Below, piece by piece: positions 48,063 to 57,338 of a stretch of 64,000 nucleotides of DNA. A program made the position numbers and the translations under genes. This DNA is from Candidatus Marinacidobacterales bacterium (GTDB taxonomy: Bacteria > Acidobacteriota > Vicinamibacteria > Marinacidobacterales > DATDRI01), in assembly GCA_965226495.1 (NCBI GenBank), contig OZ245365.1:5920001-5984000 (forward strand), written 5' to 3'. Below the pieces are notes generated by a model. It made no database searches, was not told the DNA's origin, and saw nothing but the letters and a program-made list of their open reading frames with translations. Every line of letters starts with the position of its first letter. Position 1 is the first letter of the stretch.

Positions 48063-48280
48063 GATACCGCTGGTAAGGATAAGACGCTGTGTATCAAGCG
48101 CTTCGGATGAAAAACCGAATCGGAGCTTCCGGGCCCAGTGTCCTCGAAGGAGCACAGCGGTGTATCCCCTGACTGCCTGCCCGTCTGAGACCGCCAGACC
48201 GCCAGGGCCACCCTCGATCGATCGAGCTTGGTCGAAAGGCTAGAGGTGGTCTAGGGAGAGGGCAAAACAGCCAGGCGACG

Positions 48281-49082
48281 TCATTCGGCGGGAGTGGAGA
48301 GGTTTCCTCTCATGATCGTTACCGCCTGACCGGCGAGCTTCACACGTTCTCCTTCGACACGGACCCGAAGCGACCCTCCTCGGCGAGAGGCCTGGTACGC
48401 GAGAAGCTCCTCCTTGCCGAGCCGCTCCATCCAGAAAGGGCCGAGGCAACAATGTGCCGATCCCGTCACTTGATCTTCCGGCAAACCGGCGCGGGGAGCG
48501 AAGAATCGCGACACGAAGTCGTACTCCCGCCCACTACACGGGCTAGTCACTATCACGCCGCGCGTGGGGATGGTGATGAGCAGCGAGAAATCGGGTCTCA
48601 TCTGGCGCAGCACTTCTTCGGAGTCGACCTACCACGAGATAATCGAACCGATTCCGACCAACGTGGCGCGCACGCACCCTCAGGGCAACTTCGAGATCGG
48701 CGGGGCACTCGGTCGGCTGCTGCGGCTCGCTTGGAAAATCAAGCTCGATCCATTTTCCTCGGCGCTCTGCTCCGAGAGGACCCGACTTGGTCCGAAACCT
48801 CGCCGGAGCGCTCCCTGGCAACAGCCCTTCCTCCCATGGTGCATGCGCCGCGGCGAGCGTGGTGTGGCCCGAGAACTCCACTTCCACCGCCGGCGTGAAA
48901 AAGCGGAGGCGGAGCTCATCACCGCTTCCGGACAGGAAAGCGGTGCCGCCGGTATTCACTTCCGCGGCCACGCTCTGCATCCAGTCATCGCTTCCTGGCT
49001 CTTGGAGGAAGCAAACCGTCGCTGGGTTTCCAGAGAAGGGTTGGTCGGTAAAGGAATTGACCCTCAGAAACCGAAGCTTCAC
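48281..49082 (-). pseudogene. PhzF-family isomerase, frameshifted
   Basis: FSGNPA, LRFFTP..GHTTLA and SRFFAP..EDQVTGSAH lie in two frames; removing one base near 48631 restores DYLVEVDSEEVLRQ. Confidence 0.8.
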
Positions 49083-49085
49083 GGG

Positions 49086-50006
49086 TCAACCTTGGTTACG
49101 CACCGCCCACGGTTTCAAAATTGCGTAGACCACCTCGCATCGGGGCGTCTCGATTCCGTGCTTTCTCGCCAACCGCACGGCGGTGCCATGTAAGGCTTCG
49201 AGCTCCATCGGTTTTCCGTGCGTCAGATCATGATGCAGGGACGAAAAGGACTCCGGGTCCAGCTGCATGGCCAGTTCGTGCAACTTATCGACCACGTCTT
49301 CTGGCAGGCCGACGCCTTCCGCTCGAGCTACAGCAACGACCTCTTCCATAATGCCCCTGGCGAGCTGCATAGCGTGTTTGTCTTCCCGGATCGGGCCAAC
49401 CGGAAGGCGGGTCGTGGCGGTCATCCCTGCGAAGGCGCAGATGAAAGCGAATTTGTTCCACAGCACGGAGCGAACGTTTCCGGAGAGCTCGACTTCGATT
49501 CCTGCCTCCTGGCACAAGGCGAGCCACCGTTCGGCTCGCTCACTGCGTTTTCCATCCAGCTCGCCAAAGACGATGCGTGATAGCGCCCCGACGTGCTCGA
49601 TGATCCCCGGCTCGGAGATGGTCGACATGATGAATGATGCACCGCCCAGTACGTGATCGAGGCCCACCACAGCGCCGATCTTTTCCTCGTTGTCCACACC
49701 GTTTTGGAGAGTTATCACCGCGGTGTCGTTCTTGAGGAGGGACTGCAAACGGGCCGCGGCTTTCTCGGTGTCGAAAGACTTGACGCAAAACAGAACATAG
49801 TCCGACGGACCGATGTCCTCTGCGTTCTCAGTGGCTGGGAGGCGAAGCTCGACGTCTCCCTTGGGGCTGCGGATTCTGAGACCTTTTTCCTTGAGTGCGA
49901 GGAGATGCTGGCCCCGCGCAATCAGATGAACGTCTGCCCCCGCCTGAGCGAGGCGGGCCCCATAGTACCCTCCCACGCCTCCTGCTCCGTAGATGGCGAT
50001 CTTCAT
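49086..50006 (-). CDS. panE: 2-dehydropantoate 2-reductase
   Basis: GAGGVGG, CVKSFD, LQNGV, LWNKF, SSLHHD..E. Confidence 0.9.
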   Translation of the reverse strand: MKIAIYGAGGVGGYYGARLAQAGADVHLIARGQHLLALKEKGLRIRSPKGDVELRLPATENAEDIGPSDYVLFCVKSFDTEKAAARLQSLLKNDTAVITLQNGVDNEEKIGAVVGLDHVLGGASFIMSTISEPGIIEHVGALSRIVFGELDGKRSERAERWLALCQEAGIEVELSGNVRSVLWNKFAFICAFAGMTATTRLPVGPIREDKHAMQLARGIMEEVVAVARAEGVGLPEDVVDKLHELAMQLDPESFSSLHHDLTHGKPMELEALHGTAVRLARKHGIETPRCEVVYAILKPWAVRNQG

Positions 50007-50059
50007 TGCCTCTCAGCATACTCCAAGTGATCTGACGAATTGGAGAGGCTTCCCTTATT

Positions 50060-50206
50060 CCCTCTCCCTTCCGCCTTCGCTAAGAGCTTCGGCGGACCCG
50101 CCGAAGTCCTTTGAACGAACACCGACGAAGGCGGGCTGGGGAGACTGCGGGCGTCAAGGAATGTCGCGCCGCTATCGACGGGGTCAGACGCCGGGTGAGG
50201 GCCACG
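50060..50206. repeat. Composite (nested) REP-like element
   Basis: A CCGCCTTCGCTAAGAGCTTCGGCGG...CGAAGGCGG unit (50071-50134) lies between the CCCTCTCCC and GGGAGA arms of the 22500-type element. Confidence 0.7.
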
Positions 50207-50283
50207 GACTCTTCATCAACAAAACGTAAGGGGGATGAACTCAGTCATCCCCCTTTGCCGGTTTGTCCGGCGATGTACTTTAG

Positions 50284-50625
50284 CTAGGCGACCGGGATCA
50301 AGCTGGTCAACTTCTCGGCCAGCGCCTTCTTGGGGGCTACCCCCACGACCTGATCCACAACCTTGCCGTCCTGGAAGAACAACAAGGAAGGAATCGATCG
50401 GATTCCGTACTGCTCGGCAACGCCAGGCTGCTCGTCGATGTTCACTTTGCCGATCGTAGCCTGCCCATCGAATTCGGAAGCCAGCTCTTCGATGGTCGGA
50501 GCAATCACGTGGCAAGGGCCACACCAGCTAGCCCAGAAATCCACGAGCACGGGCTTTCCGCTTTCCAGCACTTCGCTCTTGAAGTTCTCTTCGGTCAAGG
50601 TCACGTATTTTGCATCATCTGCCAT
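50284..50625 (-). CDS. trxA: Thioredoxin
   Basis: VDFWASWCGPC, GIRSIP; RBS AAGGAG. Confidence 0.95.
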   Translation of the reverse strand: MADDAKYVTLTEENFKSEVLESGKPVLVDFWASWCGPCHVIAPTIEELASEFDGQATIGKVNIDEQPGVAEQYGIRSIPSLLFFQDGKVVDQVVGVAPKKALAEKLTSLIPVA

Positions 50626-50666
50626 TAGCTATCTCCTTTGGTCTCTTCAAGTGCCTCAGTGCGCGC

Positions 50667-50810
50667 TCACTCCTCCATAAGTGGCGCGGGGCCCCACCCC
50701 CACGCCTCATGCTGCGTCGACTGGCGACTCCGCATGGGCTCATGGCTGCGTTCGCGCGCTTGGCCTCGCTCCTTAATCATTGCCGCGGGGCCCCACCCCC
50801 ACCGCCGTCC
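50667..50810. repeat. Two GGGGCCCCACCCC-type REP-like repeats
   Basis: 50667-50757 aligns with 12407-12497; second core near 50785. Confidence 0.78.
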
Positions 50811-50936
50811 CTTTGCCGGCCTCTCTTAACTGCGGTCTCACTCCTCGTTCGGCCGCTGGCCTCCGCCCGAGAAGCTCACCGCGGCCGGCGGCGGGACAGC
50901 CGATGGCTCCTCGCGCAGGGTGCCGCCACATCGTCC

Positions 50937-51521
50937 TCACCCTGCCAGAACGGAAAGAGTCACTCGTACGACGTCACGGAGAAGCGCCCGATCCGGGCAT
51001 GCCTTCCCCATGACTCGAAGGCCCTGAAGGCTGCTGGTAAGAAAGCGCCCCAGCGCCCTGGGATTTTGCTTCTTGCCGATCTCACCGTCGGACTGCGCGT
51101 GCCGAAGTACCTTTACAAAGGCCTCCTCGACCCGTGAGAAATTCGCCGCGACCAGCGCCGCGGTGTCGCGGTCGTGAGCGGCGAGCTCCACCGCTGAGTT
51201 CGTCATCAGGCAACCCTTTCGACCCTCGTCGCACGAACATTCTTGAACCACATCTTCGAAGACACCGCGGATGGCTTGCATCGGCGAGCCACCTTCCGCC
51301 AACCTCTCCGATATCGTCGAGTGGAAAATCTCTTCATAGCGATGCAATGCGGCGAGGAAGAGCCCGTGCTTGTCACCGAAGGCACCGTAGAGGCTGCCCC
51401 GGTTGATCCCCATGGAATCGACCAGGTCTTGTACCGATGTCCCCTCGTACCCGTGCTGCCAGAACACCTCGATGGCCTGATCCAGCACTTCCTCGTGGTC
51501 GAACTCTCTAGGCCTCGCCAT
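50937..51521 (-). CDS. TetR family transcriptional regulator
   Basis: MARPREFD..FWQHGYEGTS..GINRGSLY.AFGDK; GCLMTN. Confidence 0.93.
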   Translation of the reverse strand: MARPREFDHEEVLDQAIEVFWQHGYEGTSVQDLVDSMGINRGSLYGAFGDKHGLFLAALHRYEEIFHSTISERLAEGGSPMQAIRGVFEDVVQECSCDEGRKGCLMTNSAVELAAHDRDTAALVAANFSRVEEAFVKVLRHAQSDGEIGKKQNPRALGRFLTSSLQGLRVMGKACPDRALLRDVVRVTLSVLAG

Positions 51522-51541
51522 GGCTACCTCAACGAACTCGT

Positions 51542-51573
51542 ATCATAGCCATTCTGGAACGATTAGTCAAGAA
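51542..51573 (-). promoter_or_regulatory. Sigma70 promoter with overlapping TetR-type operator
   Basis: TTGACT-N17-TATGAT; imperfect palindrome TTCTGGAACGATTAGTCAAGAA (51552-51573) covers the -35 element. Confidence 0.7.
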
Positions 51574-51617
51574 CTCCTTCCCCGGGACGGAGCGGTGCCC
51601 TCCCCCGACGGACCGCC

Positions 51618-53165
51618 CTACTTCGGGGGGGGCCGTCTGCGCTTTCCCAGTTCGTCACCCTCCCTTAGGCTTCGGTCGGCGACTTCCTTGATTTGTTGTT
51701 GAACCTTTTCCTGAAGGGCGGCCGCTTCCAGGTGGTCCGGCTGCAACCGGAAGATCTCTGAGAGCAAGGGTAAGCATGCAGCGAGATCTGCTGTTTCGAA
51801 CTTGGCGGCGGCGGTTTGAAAAAGCTCCGCTGCTTGCCGGGCCCTCCCTTCTTCGAGCCGTTGCTCCTCCAGGCGGGCGGTAACACGGGAGTAAAGAGTC
51901 TTCGCGCCGGGGTGTTGGGGATCCAGGTTCCGAGCACCTTCCACGACCGAGAGAGCACGGTGGAGTTCGCCCCGCTGATAAAAGGAATGGGCTTTCGAGA
52001 GGAGCTCCGCGATGTGACGTTCTTCCACAGGACGTTTGTCGACGGCTTGAGCCTCTTGCGGCGGCTCGCTCGCCCTTCGGGCTAGGTGTTCCTTTGCACG
52101 TGATACGCGACCGGCGACACGTTCGTATGCGCGCACGGCGCGAGTATGCATCTCCACGGACTCGAGGTATCCTGGGTCAGGATCCAGTCCGGGGGCATTT
52201 TGACCCGCGTCCAATCGTTGTCGAAGCCATCCAACGAACTCTGTCGTTGCGCCAACGGCTGGAAACAGTTCGAGCGGCTGCCTGTTTTCTTGGAGCAGTC
52301 CATCTAGCCCGTCGACGACTTTTCTGGTCTCATGCTGAATGTGGACTCTGCGGCTGTCGAGAGCCTTTGCCATTTGACCGATGTCCCGCGTGAAGTGCTT
52401 TATCCTTTGATAGCGATGGGACGGGTCCTTCGCGAGTGCTCGTACCACGATGGCCGTGAGCTCTCGGGGGAGGGATGGCTCTACCTGCTGTAGAGGCTCC
52501 GGATCCTGCGTGACAATGTTCGTGAACGTGTCATGGTACGACTTGCCGGTGAAGGGCTTGCGGAAAGTGAGTAGTTCATACAAAACCGCGCCGGCAGAGA
52601 AAATATCGGAGCGATGGTCCACCCGCTTGCCCATTACTTGCTCGGGAGACATGTAGTTGGGTGTCCCCATCACCATCCCAGTCTTCGTGAGTTCAGACGA
52701 GGCAATGCGAGCAATACCGAAATCCAGGATCTTCACGTGGCCCTTGCGAGTGATGAAGATATTGCCGGGCTTGATATCCCGATGGACGATCTCCTTCTGG
52801 TGCGCGTGCTCGAGGCCTTCCGAGAGCTCCTGCATCCAACGGAGCTTGCACTCGAGTGATATCGGTTCGGCTCGAGTGATCTTGGACTTGAGCTCTTCGC
52901 CATCCAAGTACTCCATGGCGATGAAGGTGCGCCCCTTTTCTTCGAAGAGGTCGTAAATGGTGATGAGGTTCTTGTGGGAAAGCCTTCCGGCAGTCCGGGC
53001 CTCACGCTCGAATCGTTCTCGGAGCTCCGGCTCGCTAGACAGATCGCCGGACATGGTTTTGACCGCGAGGACACGGTTGATTTGGGGATCGAGGGCCTTG
53101 TAAACGACCCCCATGGCGCCTTCGCCAATTTTTCCGAGAACTATATACTTGCCGATTGTGTCCAC
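51618..53165 (-). CDS. Hanks-type Ser/Thr protein kinase with TPR-like C-terminus
   Basis: GEGAMGVVY, AVK, HRDIKPGN, DFG, GTPNYMSPE; no TM helix; GTG start after GGAGG. Confidence 0.9.
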   Translation of the reverse strand: MDTIGKYIVLGKIGEGAMGVVYKALDPQINRVLAVKTMSGDLSSEPELRERFEREARTAGRLSHKNLITIYDLFEEKGRTFIAMEYLDGEELKSKITRAEPISLECKLRWMQELSEGLEHAHQKEIVHRDIKPGNIFITRKGHVKILDFGIARIASSELTKTGMVMGTPNYMSPEQVMGKRVDHRSDIFSAGAVLYELLTFRKPFTGKSYHDTFTNIVTQDPEPLQQVEPSLPRELTAIVVRALAKDPSHRYQRIKHFTRDIGQMAKALDSRRVHIQHETRKVVDGLDGLLQENRQPLELFPAVGATTEFVGWLRQRLDAGQNAPGLDPDPGYLESVEMHTRAVRAYERVAGRVSRAKEHLARRASEPPQEAQAVDKRPVEERHIAELLSKAHSFYQRGELHRALSVVEGARNLDPQHPGAKTLYSRVTARLEEQRLEEGRARQAAELFQTAAAKFETADLAACLPLLSEIFRLQPDHLEAAALQEKVQQQIKEVADRSLREGDELGKRRRPPPK

Positions 53166-53364
53166 GGCCCTGCCTCCGGGCCAAAACATGCCCTATCGAG
53201 ATCGGCAAGAGCGCCAGGTCGCCTTGTGGGGACGCAACCTCGTGATTCGAGACTAGCCGACAAGCCAAAAACACTCCGGCCCAACCATTCGATAGAACTT
53301 GAGCGACGAGTTTATCACGGCACGGAGTTTCGGAGCAACAACTTGGAGGGTTTAGACGCTCGTG

Positions 53365-54530
53365 CTACTCGTACCGGAGCGTGATGATCGGATCGATCCG
53401 CGCCGCCCGAAGTGCAGGAATCAGGCTGGCGACGAGTGCAACGACTACGAGCACCAGCGGGGTTCCGATAAACGTCAGCGGATCGTGGGGGCTTATGCCG
53501 TACAGCATACTGCCCATGGCTCGAGAGATGGCGAAAGCGCCCAGCATCCCTAGCGTTAGACCAAAGACAACGGGAGTGACACCCTTGCGCATCACGGTCG
53601 CCATGACATCTGTCCCGCGAGCGCCGAGAGCCATGCGAACCCCTATCTCGTGTCTCCGTTCGCTCACAAAGTATGAAACCACTCCGAACACCCCGGAGAT
53701 CGCGAGACCCAGCGCCACCAACGCGAAGTATCCCATGAGACTCGTTAGGACGAAGCTGCCGGCTACGTCGTCGTAGAGGATCTCTCTCATCGTTCGTGTG
53801 TCGTAGATTGTCTGATCGGGATTCATTTCCCATATGGCGTCGCGAACGCTGGGCAGTACCGTCAAGGTGGTAGATTTCCTTCCAGCTCGTTGAAGAACGG
53901 ACCGGCTCGGTTTTCTTTGTCGCCCGAAGCCGTTCGCACGTCGAGGGGAAGGGTCAGGAGGTTCTCGGTATCGAAGCCGGGATCCATATCACTAAGGGCG
54001 TGCACGCTGCGGATCGTCAGGACGGCTACGACCAGGAGCACCAATGCCAACGATGACTGAGCAGCAACGAGAGCCGAGCTAAAGCGGTGTCTTCCGGCTC
54101 CGGAACGGCCTCCCGCCTCTTTGAGCTCCTGACTCAACTTGGGCTTCGAGGCGCGGAGCGATGGCAAGAGGCCGAACACGATGGGGGTCACCAGCGCGAG
54201 ACCGAGCACAATTAGCGTCCTTTCCTCACCACCGACTCGGCTCTCAGCCATAGCCAAGCGGTGTCCAGATCTCTACGTCTCGAAACAAACCCAGCTCGAG
54301 CTTGGGCGGCATGACACCCACCACGGTGGTTGGGTTTCCGTCCAACACGATCTGTCGACCGGCGATCCCACGGTCCGCCTCGAACCGGCGTTCCCAGGAG
54401 CCGTGGCCCAGGATGGCGACGTTCTCACTGGCGGGGGAGTCTTCTTGAGCTGAAAACGCGCGCCCCATGAGCGGAGAGAGAAGCTCGGCTGGAAGTTCCT
54501 CCTCCGAAAATCCAAGAGGCTTTGATAAGC
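53365..54530 (-). pseudogene. ADOP/MacB-like ABC permease remnant with internal deletions
   Basis: Three out-of-frame pieces: GRAF..ED..VVGVMP; FGLLPSLRAS..ALVLLV..DPGFD; ERRHEIGVRMALGA..PALRAARIDP..LRYE. Confidence 0.82.
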
Positions 54531-54555
54531 CGAACAATGTTGATATCTTCCATCG

Positions 54556-55719
54556 GTGGTCGAACTTGGCAGGCTTAGTAGACGCTACGCGGTCGTTGGC
54601 ATCGGCGAGGCCCGCATCGGGAGGCGAGAGGACCTCACCGGAATTCAACTTGCCGTCGAAGCCACGGACAATGCTGTCTCAGACGCCGGTTTATCCTACG
54701 GTGCTATCGACGCCATACTGAGTCACGCACCGTACGGAGACCCCGAGTTTCTCTATACGATCAAGCTCGCCGAGGCACTCGGCATCCAGCCGTCGTTTGC
54801 CTTCGACCTTCACATCGGTGGCGCGACACCGTGTGCGGCCGCGGCGGTTGCCGCCGGGGCGATCGAAGCCGGCCTGTGCGAGACCGTACTGTATGTCGGT
54901 GCGGAAGCGATGTGGTCACAGTACAAAGAGGGGCGCCCCACCCACGGAAAGTTTCGCTGGGGATATGAAGACTTCGAAGAGCCTTTCGGTCTCGTGGAAG
55001 CGGCCCCGGCTTACGCGCTCTTCGCTCGTCGACATATGCACGAGTTCGGTACTACCCACGAGCAGCTGGGAGCCATAGCGGTCACGACCCGTCGTCACGC
55101 CACGATGAATGACAACGCTCAGATGAGCAAACCCATCACCATGGACGACTATCTCGGATCGCGATGGATAGCGGAGCCCTTTCGCCTGCTCGATTGTTCG
55201 CTCATTTCCGACTTCGGGGGTGCCTTCATCATCACATCTTTGGAACGGGCTCGGGATCTTGCGAACCGACCGGCTATTATCCTCGGCGCCGCACAGCAAC
55301 ACACGCACCGTTTCGTAACCTCCGCAGACCTCACTCAGTGCGGTGCCGCTAAAGCGGGGCCGCGCGCCTTCGAGATGGCCGGGCTTCAACCGAAGGATAT
55401 AGATGTGGCGGAGCTCTATGACTCTTTTACTTACACCGCGCTCGTCCAACTCGAAGACTACGGGTTTTGTGGAAAAGGTGAGGGGGGACCTTATGTAGAG
55501 AGCGTCGGGACCGCCCTAGGAGGTAAACTACCGGTGAACACGCACGGCGGACTCCTCTCGCAGGCTCACGCCGACGGAATCCTTCATCTGACCGAGGCGG
55601 TCAAACAGCTTCGGGGCACTTGTGGTCAGCGGCAGGTCGAAGGCGCTGAGGTGGCGCTGGTGAGCGGAAGCGGTGGCATCTTCGCAACGCACAGTAGCTT
55701 GATCCTTGGGCTCGAGTGA
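54556..55719 (+). CDS. Thiolase-like protein (SCP-x/Ltp2-like)
   Basis: AVVGIGE, HMHEFGTT, LLDCSLISD, AELYDSF, LEDYGFC, NTHGGLLS. Confidence 0.87.
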   Translation: MVELGRLSRRYAVVGIGEARIGRREDLTGIQLAVEATDNAVSDAGLSYGAIDAILSHAPYGDPEFLYTIKLAEALGIQPSFAFDLHIGGATPCAAAAVAAGAIEAGLCETVLYVGAEAMWSQYKEGRPTHGKFRWGYEDFEEPFGLVEAAPAYALFARRHMHEFGTTHEQLGAIAVTTRRHATMNDNAQMSKPITMDDYLGSRWIAEPFRLLDCSLISDFGGAFIITSLERARDLANRPAIILGAAQQHTHRFVTSADLTQCGAAKAGPRAFEMAGLQPKDIDVAELYDSFTYTALVQLEDYGFCGKGEGGPYVESVGTALGGKLPVNTHGGLLSQAHADGILHLTEAVKQLRGTCGQRQVEGAEVALVSGSGGIFATHSSLILGLE

Positions 55720-55720
55720 G

Positions 55721-56140
55721 ATGGAAAAACCCGCTTCTTTGCCTATTCCCGATCCCGACAGCCGGCCCTTTTGGCAGGCGTGTCAGGAGGAGAGGCTCGT
55801 TGCGCAGGCCTGTGGCGGCTGTGGTAAGTTGCGCTTGCCACCCTTGCCGGCCTGTCCGGAGTGCCACTCTCGGGATTTCCAGTGGGAGGAGCTTTCGGGG
55901 CTCGGTTCGGTGTGGAGTTTTACGGTCGTACACCATGCGTTTCGGCCGAACCTTGAAGGCAAAGTTCCCTACACCGTAGGACTAATAGATTTGGATAAAG
56001 GCCCGCGTATCGTGGGCAAGATCGTTGCCGGGGATCGCGACGCGAGTATCGGCGCGAGAGTGCGAGTCCGGTTCGAAGAGGTCGAGGGGACGCGCTTGCC
56101 GTACTTCGCGCTGGAGCCCGACACTACAATACTTAGCTAG
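55721..56140 (+). CDS. DUF35 Zn-ribbon/OB-fold protein
   Basis: PFW..L..Q.CGGCG..PP..CPEC; G.V.SFTVVH; PY.VGLIDL. Confidence 0.9.
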   Translation: MEKPASLPIPDPDSRPFWQACQEERLVAQACGGCGKLRLPPLPACPECHSRDFQWEELSGLGSVWSFTVVHHAFRPNLEGKVPYTVGLIDLDKGPRIVGKIVAGDRDASIGARVRVRFEEVEGTRLPYFALEPDTTILS

Positions 56141-56159
56141 GCTGAGGAGCACAGAAAAG

Positions 56160-57335
56160 ATGAAATGGCCCGCCGATCGATTGGCAAGTCAACTCGACAA
56201 GAGCTTTGGACTGTATGAAGTCGCTAGCGAGATGGAGAAAGCTGGCGCGGACGACATCATCCACCTGGAGGTGGGGAGACCTTGGTTCGACACCCCCTCC
56301 CATATCAAAGAGGCATCGAAGACCGCCTTGGACAACGGGGTCGTACACTATGGCGATCTACGGGGCAACACCAAGCTTCGCCAAGCACTGACCAAGAAGC
56401 TCAAGGAGTTCAACCGCATCGAAGTGGTTCCCGACGAGGTTTTGATTACCAACGGTCTGACTCAGGCTTCTTTTGCAACCTTTATGGCAGGGCTCGAGGT
56501 AGGGGACGAAGTGATCGTCTTCGAGCCCTACTATCCGCAACACAACAAGAAGATCGAGCTCTTGGGAGCAAAAGTGGTCACCGTCCCGCTCGCAAAGGCT
56601 GAAGGGTACCGGCTGGACCCGGACGCGTTGGAGAAGGCGATCACACCGAAGACGCGCATGATCGTCTTCGTCAACCCCGCCAACCCGGTGGGAAGAGTGT
56701 TTACACATGACGAGCTCTCCGAGCTGGCCGAGATCGCAACCAAACACGATCTGCTGGTGCTAACGGACGAAGTCTACGAGTATGTGACCTACGATGACAA
56801 CCAGCACCTGAGTTTGGCGGCGCTCCCCGGGATGCGCGATCGAACCATCAGTACCTATGCCTTCACCAAGGCTTATGCGATGGATGGTTGGCGGCTGGGC
56901 TACGTCGCGGCGAAGAAGGAGTTCGTAGACGCGGTCTACAAAGTGGTCATGAACGAGACCACTCACCCCAACGTGTTCGCCCAGGAAGGAGCCCTGGCCG
57001 CGGTCGTCGGCTCACAAGACTGCGTTCGGGAGATGGTCGAAGACGATCGGAGGTGCAGGGATCTCGTGCACGAACGTTTGAACGCGATGCCCAAGGTCCA
57101 ATGCGCCAAACCTCAAGCCACGATCTACGCCTTTCCTGATTTCGGCGAGTGGGGCAAGTCGTCCGATGACCTGGCAGATGAGCTCTTGAGGGAAACGCAT
57201 GTGGCTATCGAATCTGGGACTTTCTATGGGGCGACCGGGGAAGGTCACCTCAGGATCTGTTTCGGCTCCGAGCCCTATGAGAAGCTTGTCGAAGCGATGG
57301 ATCGCATCGAGGCCTATCTTAAAAAGAAGGCCTAG
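56160..57335 (+). CDS. PLP-dependent aminotransferase class I/II
   Basis: NPANPVG, DEVYE, FTKAYAMDGWRLG, LRICF. Confidence 0.9.
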   Translation: MKWPADRLASQLDKSFGLYEVASEMEKAGADDIIHLEVGRPWFDTPSHIKEASKTALDNGVVHYGDLRGNTKLRQALTKKLKEFNRIEVVPDEVLITNGLTQASFATFMAGLEVGDEVIVFEPYYPQHNKKIELLGAKVVTVPLAKAEGYRLDPDALEKAITPKTRMIVFVNPANPVGRVFTHDELSELAEIATKHDLLVLTDEVYEYVTYDDNQHLSLAALPGMRDRTISTYAFTKAYAMDGWRLGYVAAKKEFVDAVYKVVMNETTHPNVFAQEGALAAVVGSQDCVREMVEDDRRCRDLVHERLNAMPKVQCAKPQATIYAFPDFGEWGKSSDDLADELLRETHVAIESGTFYGATGEGHLRICFGSEPYEKLVEAMDRIEAYLKKKA

Positions 57336-57338
57336 CTC

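Noticed and set aside
47856-48155. N-terminal extension of MoaA, or a canonical Moco riboswitch
   Set aside because: The extension has no MoaA similarity and spans the promoter and hairpins. I could not match the Moco consensus, so the leader is kept only as a candidate.
48543-48640. Programmed frameshift in the PhzF-like gene
   Set aside because: No slippery sequence; a single-base insertion explains it.
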